Below, in pieces: positions 32,166 through 44,233 of a DNA stretch of 64,000 bases. Positions within the stretch are counted from its first letter, which is position 1. Every line of letters starts with the position of its first letter. Made by a program: the position numbers and the translations under genes. The DNA comes from the human T2T-CHM13v2.0 reference genome, Homo sapiens, in assembly GCF_009914755.1 (NCBI RefSeq), contig NC_060929.1; one strand, 5' to 3'. The notes beneath the pieces were generated by a model that saw only the letters and a program-made list of their open reading frames with translations, did not search any database and was not told the origin of the DNA.

Positions 32166-34129
32166 AGGAAAAAAGCAGACCAATTTATTTATTGAATAAA
32201 GAATGGAATGTATATAAATCAGAAGCAAGAAGAGGGAAGAGATTGTGATAAATGTACTCTAATGGCTAAAAGGCTTTCATATGTTGTTTCAGACTTGGAA
32301 AAAAAATTGAAACAAGGGATGGAAGTCCTAGTTAGATAAATTCAATCTTAACATAATATAAAAATATGCAAATAATTTTCAAAAAATACAGTAATTTAAA
32401 AATGCAAAAGGATTCCTTTTTATCCTCAGATTTGTTCCTCACTAGGAGTCATCCAGAAAAGTCTGCATGCAGCCACCTGCGAGTATTTTACATTGAGTAA
32501 GAAGCTTGCCTAGGTGCCCTCTAAGTATGCTGTAATTGTAAGTGATAATAAAATGATTAAACTGTTTTGGTGGGCATTTCTGAAGGATGTTTACTGACGT
32601 TGTGGAAGAAATATCATGGTACTGTAAAAATGAGAGACCTATTTTACAAGTAAGAACTGACAAGTAAGAAAAGATTCTTCCTTCTGAAAGCATACCTTCC
32701 ATTACAGCTGCACAGTGGAAACATATTAATTAGAGCAAAGATTGCTCATACTAAAACACTGAGGCCAGAGAGTCAGAGCTGAAACAGTGGAGTCATTTCT
32801 GGTGTCAACAAGTAAATCTTTTGTTCCATAAATCTGTCCTTAAGCAACCTAAGAATTATCTGATATAGTAATAACAGCTATGAAGAATGAAATATTTATA
32901 GATCAAGATCTTTGTGAAACCTCTTACCCCTCCCCAGAGGAGAATCTGCAGACTCTTCACTTGGCCATTTTGATTAAGAATTGTCATTAATGTCTTGGTG
33001 TAAAATACCTGGATGCTGATATTAAAGTCTATTGGGTATTCTTCATAGCTTGATCTACTTAGTATGTATTATAAAACCTATATCGCTTTTCTTGCATAAA
33101 ATGGGTTTTATACATCTAATTAAGTCTTCACAGAATTCTAAATCAATGAGCCATTGTAAATTTTGTTTTAAATATTATCTAAGTTTTCTGGACCTTACCT
33201 ATCTGCTAAATTCAATATGTGGTTTCCAAGGGTGGCCTAATCATGTCAGCATCCTTGTGGGCTTTTGGTTCTGTCTGATGTAAATCAAAAGACAATTCCT
33301 AAAAAAATATATGAGTTAAGCCAAATTATTAAACTAATGGGTTACAAGGAGGAGGTTAACACTAAAGATAGCATTTCCAAGGCTATTTCACTTAGAAATG
33401 CTGATTTCTTCCTTAGGCAACTCTTCTTTTGAGAACTGGTTCTTGAATGAAATTCTACTGTAGTAGGCTCATTTTTTTGTTTTGTTTTGTTTAATTTGTT
33501 CCTGATAATATTAACCCCACTTTCTCCAACTTCCTGATAAAACATGTTACACATCTCATAGACACTTGACTTCACTAAGTTATGACAGATTTGATATGAC
33601 TGTTAGTAATTTATTGCTTATATATTATAATAGAGGTGTTTTATTCAATTTTCTGAAAAAAATAGATAAGTTTGGTGCTGTAAAAGAGTTAGAGAGTGTC
33701 AGTGGCTCCCTAAATCACTGATTCAAAAAATCAGAGAATAAGAGACCATTTTTATGAGTGTGATGCATAGGTATATCACCAGATTACATTTAAACTGACC
33801 CAAGAACTCCCACTGATCCTCGTGAGGTCCCTAACTTACAGCCTTAACTTTTCGCCTTTTCACTACTCAAAGTCTCTGTGAATTTCAAAATCCCAGCTAA
33901 CTGCTTTTCTTTCTAACCCAAATTGTATTGCTTCAGGCACTCTGTGAGAATGCTGAATAACAAAAATTGTGTGTCACAAGAAACAAGTAATTATTTAGTT
34001 CCCAACTTGCTCTAGGCTATAGTTCAGGCACAAAGTTTTAGAATAGCCTTTGCAAGGTGCATACAGACTTCAGCTCTCAAAATCTAATAGTGATTGAACT
34101 CACACTTACTAACTTTCAATTGATATTGA

Positions 34130-34551
<422 letters not shown>

Positions 34552-35745
34552 TAACACATTTATTTACATAAAAAAATAGTTTGTTTCATAACCTTGACTT
34601 GACGTCCTATAATTTACACTATATTTACACTTCTTTCAAAATTTCCATCTTCACAACATGTTGTATTATAGGACAATGTGAATAAGAGAAACCAAGTCTG
34701 AATGTCTCCTAAACAGCCTATGAGGAGAGTCTTTAGAGCAGAATACATTTTTCTTTTATATTTTCTCAGAATCTGGTTGAAGTCCTACTACACGGTAGGC
34801 TTTTATTAAGAATCTTATTAATGAATATCAAATGAATCATATCTATTGCCATTTTATTTTATACATGTAAATGATCAGAAGTGTCCATTTTTTGTGGATT
34901 TTTGAATCTTCTTTCAACTCTCAACTCTTGTTAGAACTGTATCTTAAAATTTGATTGCTCTTACACATTAGGAGTGAAAAAAATAGTAGCATTAACACCA
35001 AAATGGAAATGAGTCTTTAACTGGGAAAATGACAAAGCTTTATAATTGTTCTGAAGTGAAACAATGAAAAGAAAGCTGACAGAAGCCAACAAGGAGAGGG
35101 CAGATGAAACAAGTATGCCATAGCCTGGACTCCAGCAGTTTCTGTCCAGAAAGCTGCTGAGTCTCTAATTGTGAAAACAAAAGCCAAAATGTCTTCATAG
35201 CCTGAAAGAGTGGCCTTTTGTCACCCTGTTTTTAGAACAACTGTGGTAGTTGCTGCTTGTGCAGACTTCCTACTAGTAACCAAAGATTGGTAAGTTCCAT
35301 GAATATACCTGGATTTTCCAATTTGAATAACTGGCATATCTTGACCATTGGGGCATTATTGCAGCCAGCGCGATCTCTTCTTTAGGCATCGCCACATAAG
35401 AAGAGTGGGGTGGCAATATCTTTTACCTAAAATCATTGACACCTTTTTACTACTTTATTAGCTCAATACGTTACCCAGAAATGATTCCACTGGTTTGTAT
35501 TTGTGGGTATAATACAACTTAACTTACTTTATTAATTATCTTTACTCCCTTCTTGAGTTTTTTGAGTCAGTGATTGTTTTGCAGAATGTTGACAGTTGAT
35601 TTCTCCAGAAACCCACCAGAAAAACCTGTTGATCAAGAAAGAGTATATTAGACACACTGAAGCAATGGAGAATGCTGTTTTGACAAAATTTAAGAGGATA
35701 AATTAAAAAAGAGAATTTACAGGGTACTGGAGCCTTGACTGGATG

Positions 35746-36086
35746 ATTTTTTTTTCAACTTTTATTTTAGAATCAAGGAAAACATGTGGATTTGTTACAA
35801 AGGTATATTGCATGACGCTGTGGTTTGGAGTATAAATGAATCCATCACCCAGGTAGTGAGCATAGTATCAATAACAACAGGTAGTTTTTCAACCCTTTCC
35901 CCCCTCCCCCTCCTTCTGTTCTCCAGTGTCTATTGTTCCTATTTTTATGTCTGTGTGTACCCAATGTTTAGCTCCCACTTATAAGTGAGAACATGCAGTA
36001 TTTGTTTCTCTGTTTCTGCATTAGTTTGCTTAAGATAATGGCTTCCAGCTGCATTCATGTTGCTGCAAAGGACATGATTTCGTTCT
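35746..36086 (-). mobile_element. Short old primate L1 3' end
   Basis: CCATCACCCAGGTAGTGAGCATAGT...CCCACTTATAAGTGAGAACATG. Confidence 0.85.
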
Positions 36087-36103
36087 AGGCAAGTTTTGGA
36101 AGA

Positions 36104-36213
36104 TAGAGTAATCAACTGTCCTGGTTTGCCTGGGGCTAAAGGTTTTCCCAGGATGTGGAACTTATAGTGCTAAAACTTAAGTCTTGAGAAAACCAGGACA
36201 GTTTTCCACTCTA
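36104..36213 (+). mobile_element. MER94-like hAT-Blackjack MITE
   Basis: TAGAGTAATCAACTGTCCTGGTTTGCC ... AAAACCAGGACAGTTTTCCACTCTA terminal inverted repeats. Confidence 0.7.
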
Positions 36214-36829
36214 GATTGGGAACGGGCAGAGGTTATGAAATAGCATAAGAAATTTGGACTGGTGGTCATTGAAATGAGTTTTGATACCCCAAGCTAATGG
36301 TTTTCATAAATAAGCTGGTGAGTGGGCTTAGTTTCATTTGCAGAAGCAGGTGTGTTCTAGAGTAGGGAGCTGTTATTTTTGCTTGCTCTCCATATTGATT
36401 TAAATAGGACCAAAAAAGTATGCCTAGTCACCATATTATTAAAATGAGAGTGCGGAAATTATGTTGATTTCCATTCTAAAGATTGAATATAATCTATTTG
36501 AATGTGACTAGATTCTGGGTTTAGTTTTGTTACTTAAACATTTTGCAGAAGCCAACATTTTAAATTCTACTTTCAATGTCCTTGCATCTTAAAACCTAAG
36601 TTAGTTAATACTACAGTCATCCTCAAAAGAAAAATTATATCTTGGTTGTAGAGATATTCCTATGAATGAATCATTCGTCTAAACTACAATGAAAAGAGAA
36701 AATTTTGCTATATACAAAAAACTAAAAATCTCCATTGTGATCTAACCTGCATTATGATGGAAGTAGGAGACAAAAGGGAAAAAAGCAATATGTCTAAATC
36801 CCTAATATGTGCAAACATTGCTCTTGAAA

Positions 36830-37010
36830 TACTTGTAAATGAATTATGTTAGGGAGTCATTATTGTGTCTACTTTAAATATGAGGAAACGAAAACTCAGA
36901 GAACTAAAGTAATTTACCGAAGTCCACCAGACAGTGAAAGGACAGTTCCTGGATTCTAGAATAGTCCTGTCTGAATCAAAGGCTTTACTATTTCCAAAGC
37001 ACATCACTGT
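36830..37010 (-). mobile_element. MIR SINE
   Basis: ATGAGGAAACGAAAACTCAGAGAACTAAAGTAATTTACCGAAGTCCAC. Confidence 0.65.
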
Positions 37011-37861
37011 AATAATGTGATTGGCCACTCTTCCTGCATTCCAACTCTCCCTTCTCTTTATACCACCGCAAAGATAAGCCGAAAAGTTACAGCAGGAACA
37101 TACATTTAAAACAACCTTATCTAGTTGCTGTCATATGTAAACTAAATCTAAAATTTGCAGGTAAATTTGAACTTATAATCTGGAGATTACCAGAGTAGTA
37201 TAAGGCTAAGACAAATTTTGATTGTATACAAATACAAACCTGTAGCTTTTGGATACTCATAAAATAAAGCAATTTATTTTTTCATAAAATCAAAATAGAA
37301 CTAAACAGCTATGCAACAGTAACCTTTAAGAAGTAAATAGAAAATGTGTTCTACAGCCTTTCTCTTGTTCTAAAGGAAGATGTAGATTTAGATTAGAGTT
37401 CCTGAAAAAGAATGGCCAGAATTAGAATGAAATTTAGGAGATAGTGCCAATAAAGTCAAGACAGTGAAGATTCAAGAAGAGTTGCAGTAAGTGAAGAACT
37501 CAAAATCATACACTGGTTTTTGTAATAGAGTCTAAAGTTGTGCCATATATCTGAATCTGAAAGAAAGGATATTAGAATGGAGATACAAAATATTTGAAAA
37601 TGGAGGAGTCATGCAGTTGTAGTTCAGACTTGATGGGTGTACACTCACATCTAGTAGTGTGCTGAAGAGTGAGGGAGTGGAGAGAAATGGCAAAGATTTA
37701 GCACATTCTTGATGAGGAATGGGATTACAAACAAGACAAGGATTGTTTCTTAGAATCAAGGATCCCCTTACAACTGACTACAATTTATCTGTCACTTATA
37801 TGCATGATTGTGTGATTTTCTTTTGCTGTGCTTGATAGTTTGAGCAAAAGACTGGAGGAGG

Positions 37862-39414
37862 TGTCATGAGATCCTTGGGGTGTCACTTTGCCATCCAGAA
37901 ACCTCTATAGCCAGTGGCACCTTTTGCCAGAGTTTTGCTAGGGGCTGCTGGGCTCATTCGGCCCACTCGGCCTGACAGGCTGCACTCAGCTTGCTCTACA
38001 GGCCCAGATCCCACACCTGCCAAGGGCTAGCCAGGTGCAGAGTGGTGAGGGATGCGTGAGCAGGCGAGCATGGGGTCTGGCCACTGCACACAGCCAGGCA
38101 TGCAAGCTGCAGTGGCTGGACCAGGAGTACTACAAGCGGCTTCCACTGTGGGCACAGTGGAATGGGGTGGCACCTGGAAGCTTGGAGATTCCAGGAACTG
38201 CAGAGTCCCAAAAAGGGTGTCACAGCCCTGGCTTAGGGAGCTCCTAGGTCTGGGGTCCCCAGAGGGCCAAAGCTACTCTCTCCTCATCACCTGCAATGTG
38301 TCAAGTGGGGTGGGAAGGGGCATGTTTCAGCTGTTTGTGTTATAGCTCTTTCAGTCCTGCCATTTGGAGGGTCCTGAGCTCTTGTCCTGCGTCCAGCATG
38401 AATGAGATACGTGGACAATGTGGACAACTGGAGGGTGCTTTATTGAGTAACAGTACAGCTCCCAGGCGACCAGAAGTAGGTAGCTCCTTTCCACAGGCAG
38501 GTCGTCCCAACATCTGTGCAGCCCTCAGCAGAGAGGAAACCCAGAGTGGGTAGCTCCTATCTACAGGCAGGCCGCAGGCTGTCCCAGTGAGTGTACAGTT
38601 CTCAGCAGAGAGGAGACACAGAGTGCGTAGCTTCTCTCCGCAGGCAGGTAGTCCCATCATTTGCCTGAGTCTGGCTGAGTCCGGGGGTTTTTATGGGCTT
38701 CAGAGGGGATGAAGTGCATGCTGATTGGATTGGTGGCCATGGGCTGGCCCAGAAAAAGCATTCCTAATTTTGCACTCCAGTCTGTGGGACTGGCAGCCTG
38801 GCCCCCAGGCTTCAGGCTGTCCCTGGCTTGAAGGTGGAGTTTAACCAGGGACCTGCTCCTTTCGGCCCAGGAGTCCGTCTGTCTCCTGCCGCTGTTCATG
38901 GCACCCAGGCGGTTTATGCTGAGGGGTGCCTGCAGGCTCACACCAAGCCGCCCTCAGCCCCCTACTCAGTCTCCCTCCCATACTTGGTGTTCAAAGTCCA
39001 GACGGGGCTGAAGAGGCAGGGAGCAGGCATGTCAGTGCCACCCTGAGCATGTGTACACCCAGCCAGGTTGTGACAATGCCTAGACTCGGCCATAACTTTG
39101 CTCTGAAATCAGAGCAAGGGTGCTGACAGCAAGGAGAGGCCAGGCAGCAGGAGAAGCACTTCTGAGCCTGTTGGGGGCAGGAGAGCTTCCCAGGCCCGCA
39201 GAGCGCAGGGATGCCTGTGTCCGCAGCCACAGATGGGTGGCTGCGGCTGTGTCCAGAAGCACAAGGTTCCTGCCCCAACAACTCACAATGGGATGGGGAT
39301 CCTGCCTGATCCTGGCTCCTGCTGGCTCTGCAGAGCACGCAGCCCTGGCTACACTTCTCTGCTGTAGCTGGCGCCTTGGCAGTAGCCACCCCAGACGGGC
39401 CACTGCTGCCATTA
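37862..39414 (-). mobile_element. MER52-family ERV1 solo LTR
   Basis: GC-rich 1.55-kb block. The minus strand starts TAATGGCAGCAGTGGCCCGTCTGG and ends ...CCAAGGATCTCATGACA. Flanks GAGG/GAGA are a near 4-bp TSD. Confidence 0.85.
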
Positions 39415-39724
39415 GAGACAGCTTATGGGACTGGGTCAGTTTTGCCTTACGACTATGTACTGTCTAGGAAGGGGCATGTAATAGTAAAGAGTGTTTGGCA
39501 AGGAGTGGTTCATCTTATTGGTGTCAGTAAAATATGTAAAACAGAGAGAATAACCAAGAGATTAGGAGAAAATAGAGAAAGGATAGGAATAGTGGTCAAC
39601 ATGATATAAAATGTAGAGTAAAATTTGGGTCACAAGAGAGCTGGAAAGATAGGAAGTGATAAAAATAATGAGATCTTGGAATGTAGGCAAGATATTGGAA
39701 TAAGGTTTCCTCATATGATGTGAT

Positions 39725-39855
39725 TATGTATTTATTTATTTAATAACCACTTAGTTAAGTACCTAATATGTACCAGATACTTTATTGTTGAAGACACAGT
39801 GTTTAACCCCAGAGAAACTGTCCCCCACCTCAAGGAGCTTATTCTGCAGGGTATT
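39725..39855 (-). mobile_element. L2 3' end
   Basis: TTATTTAATAACCACTTAGTTAAGTACCTAATATGTACCAG...CCTCAAGGAGCTTATTCT. Confidence 0.6.
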
Positions 39856-40097
39856 CTGTGTAAGAACCAGAATGAGGTAATAACCAGCGTGCAGCTGTAT
39901 GTGTGAGTAGCTACAATAGTGAGCTTGAGAGTGGACATTGTATATGTTATTCCATACACACAGCAGCAATAGGGAATAGAGGGGAGTTGAGCCAGCATCC
40001 AAAATATAAGGTGTATCCAGGACAGGAATATAGAAGGGTGTTGTGCTGTTTAGTCCATTAATGGGATCTCAGATATCTAAAAATGTTAGCGTGAGGC

Positions 40098-40172
40098 AAA
40101 GAAGCAGCAGTGTTAAGCAGCAGTGTTAAGCAAGAAGTCTCAAAAGAAGCAGTAGTGTTAAGCAAGAAGTCT
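40098..40172. repeat. Compound local tandem duplication
   Basis: AAGCAG(C/T)AGTGTT x3 (40102, 40115, 40147) and AAGCAAGAAGTCT x2 (40128, 40160). Confidence 0.85.
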
Positions 40173-40993
40173 ACCCATCTAGTTTCAACCTGACCCCTAG
40201 GTAACTAGGGTGTAGAAGGTTGAGAAGCCACTTCTGCAGAAAACTGCAGAGTAAGTAATGTTCAGTGAAGGCAAAGGAGAGCATGAAACATTCAGTGACA
40301 TGAATAAAAATGGCAGAAAAGGGAAGATAGACAGCATAACTAGAGAAAGACAATGTCCTCTCTCCTCCAAAAATGGAGAGGTGCTGGATTTTTTCCCAGT
40401 ATATTATGTTTTTGGTATTAAACTATATGAGTATATCTAACTGACTCAGTTATGTGAGTCACAACTGAATTGACAAAAGCTGAATTGTCTTCTCTGCAAG
40501 AGAGATTTTTCTTCTTAAATTAAGAAATATGTCGTATATCTCTATCAAAATTTCTGTCAAGCACATTGTTAGCATTTAACAAGTGAAAATACAATTAAAG
40601 GGCTCTACACTTTTGGAGCCTAGCTTATATTTAAAACTTTGTGCAAAAACATAACTATTTTAGGTATAACAAAATATGCCTTTGACCTTTTGAATATTTT
40701 ATTATGTCCTTGTCCTTTTCAAAATGACAACCCATTTTTAACTCCAGAAGTTTGCTGGAGCAGAGCTATAATCTTGTGTAATACACCCCACCCTTGTCAG
40801 GACAAGCTTAGAAAACATTGTTTCTTCTGACCAGCAAGGCACTATAGTGACCGATTAAAATTAAAATACCATGACAATTTGTCTCTAGTTTAGGCCACCT
40901 CCCAAAATAATTTTAGGACAACAAGGAGTTTAATCTACATGGTTTTTACTTTTCTAGGTATTTTTTCTAAAACAAAACTGTTTTGTTAAGGGG

Positions 40994-41675
<682 letters not shown>

Positions 41676-41829
41676 GGAAATAAATGCAAGTATAAATGGA
41701 AAAACTCTGGAGATTATTTTAAATTAATTACAATCACATTTCTTTTTAATTAATAAAATAGATTCCTTTTTTAAAAGTTGTGTTTAAAATTCATTTTAAC
41801 TGCAATGAATCTTTGCCATTAATTAGCAG

Positions 41830-42100
41830 CTGGGCATAGTGGTTAGGAGGACATATCTGGAGACACGCTGCCGTGTGTTACAACCTCAGCTTCATTTTTT
41901 TTTTTAACTTGCTGTGTACCTTATTCAACATCCTTATTTGCGGTTTCCTTCCCTGGTAAAACTATTCAACATCTCTATCCCCAGTTTCCCTCGCTATTAA
42001 ATCATGGTACCAGCCTCCTTGATCTCTTGCGAGGTTTTAATGATTCATTTTTAATAAACCACTCAGCGCATCACTTGGTACCTACTGAGAGCTGTAACAA
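41830..42100 (+). mobile_element. MIR SINE
   Basis: GCATAGTGGTTAGGAG...CTGGAGAC...CCCCAGTTTCCCTC. Confidence 0.6.
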
Positions 42101-42819
42101 TATTACTGTGCACACATACACACAAGTACGTGTGAATTTGTTATTAATATAGAAAGCAGTTTAAAACTTTAGGAATTGAAAGCACATATCTTTCAAAAAA
42201 GTGCGTAATACTATATAAACCGAAGTATACATAAGAAAATAAAGAAAGGAGCCAACTCCTGGCTGCTTAGCATGTGTGAATCATATGTTATATTGTTTAA
42301 TCCTTGGAGCCATCTTTTAATTACAACTATCTCATTTAAGAAATTAGAAAACTGAGGTCGTTTTAAATATTTTTCGCAAGGTCACATGCTGGGCAGTGGC
42401 CTGGATAGAATTCAAATCATCACATGGAAGATAGCAAAATGTACGCTGTTTGCACTTTTGCACATTAACAAGCCTTAGTTGTATAAAATGAGCCATTTAC
42501 AAATGGTATTTATGGAACCTCAATTAGGTAAAGTATCACAGGGTTTCTTGTTCATTTTTTATTTCATTCCAGCATTTTTACAATACTGAAGATATTCACA
42601 AACAGGAAACGTTTATTTCCTATTCTCCCATTAACCTACTAACAGAACTACATTCTTCAGTTTTTCCCTTTTATTTTCCCCTAGATCTGTAGTTCTAGCC
42701 AGGTCAGGGCCAGAGGGATATAATGGAAACAGCTTGCTTTCCTGCTTCAGAGTCACCTTCAGGGTGAAGTAGACATATGCTTGCATAAATCACTGGTTGC
42801 TAAATAAATTGGATACATT

Positions 42820-43265
42820 GAAAGAAATTCATCTTACCAAGAGGTAGAGAATATTTCTCTTCCCTGTGAACCTGGGGTTGGTCTTGTGACTAGGTGTGAC
42901 CAATAGAGTATTAGCAAACATGACATGGGCAGAGGAGTAAAAAGTGCCTGTGGATTGGCTTTTCTCCTCTTTTGGGGCTGAGATGATTTCTGCTACCATG
43001 TGACTAAGTCTGGACTAGCCTTCTGAGGGTTGAGAGACCACAGGAAGAGAGATCAGCCATCCTGGCCATCTCAGCTGAAATCCCATGGACCAAGTAAAAT
43101 ATGTGGAAAACAAGACATGAGTCAGCCATTCTAGACCAAGCCAGCACAGAATGGAAGAAATGCCAAGTCGACTCACAGAATTGTAAGAAATAATAATGGT
43201 TTGCTGTTTTAGCCACTAAGTTTTGGGCTGGTTTGCCTTCTGCCAAAGGCTTTATGAGAGATACA
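42820..43265 (+). mobile_element. MLT1 (G/H-like) MaLR LTR
   Basis: GTGACTAGGTGTGACCAATAGA...CACAGAATTGTAAGAAATAATAATGGTTTGCTGTTTTAGCCACTAAGTTTTGGG. Confidence 0.75.
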
Positions 43266-43327
43266 ATAGACATGTACCAGAGACTTTGAAAAGCACTTTG
43301 GGGAGTTCAAAGATGAGTAGGCCTTAA

Positions 43328-43490
43328 AAAGTGTAATTGGAATGTTTGTAACACCAAGAAATGATAAATGCATAAGATGATGGATACCTCATTTACCCTA
43401 ATGTGATTATTATGCATTATATGCCTGTATCAAAACATTTCATGCACCACATAAATATATACACCTACTATGTACCCATAAAAATTAAAA
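43328..43490 (+). mobile_element. L1MA1-3-type 3' end
   Basis: TACCCTAATGTGATTATTATGCATTATATGCCTGTATCAAAAC...CCTACTATGTACCCATAAAAATTAAAA. Confidence 0.8.
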
Positions 43491-44233
43491 GAATAGAATT
43501 GTTGATAAGATCATAAAAAAGATAGGTCCTTGTCACTATCTTGTCACTAGCTTAAAGCAGGTTATAGTTGAGACAGAAGGTGAAGATACAAATACATTAT
43601 AAAACATCTCATAAAAACAAATGATCAAATAACATTGCATCCAAATACTAGAAAAGGTATCACAGTAAAAATCCTAAAATTCATTTGGGAGTTAGGGAGC
43701 TATGGAAAACCATTCTTCACACCAATATCAAAATCAAAAGAAGGAAAGAAGAATGTTTTCAAAGAATTTTAAAAATAAATTTTGGAGACATAAATAACCT
43801 TAGCCTAACTCTCACACTTTGTGGATGAGAAAACAGAAAATTAGGATAGTCATGGCCATGAGGGACCCTCACCCATCTAACCACTTAGATTTCTGCATGT
43901 GACAGCATGCCACCCCTCCTGGATCTAATCATAAGCGTTACATCTGATGGCTGCCTTTGGATGAAAAAGGAGATCTTTCTCTTTTTTCCTACTCCTGATT
44001 TCTTGAAAGCACAATTAATTCACTCCTTTATTCACTTATTTCTTCTTTACCTTTCATCCTATTCAAATTATTTACCGTGGATTACAAATTTTTACATAAT
44101 CATCTGGTTCCTGCTCTCCTCAGCAACCTCATTTCTTATTACTCTTTCTGTTGGACATCAGAATAGTTGTATTACACTTGCTGTTTCCTTGGCCTGGTGC
44201 ACACTCCAGGACCCGAACCTTTGACTGGCTACC

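Noticed and set aside
37996-39609. Cluster of overlapping 66-132-aa ORFs
   Set aside because: They lie almost entirely in the GC-rich MER52 LTR, where stop codons are scarce. No recognisable domains.
40098-40172. CRISPR-like repeat array
   Set aside because: The units are 13 bp with no unique spacers, there are no cas genes, and the context is eukaryotic.
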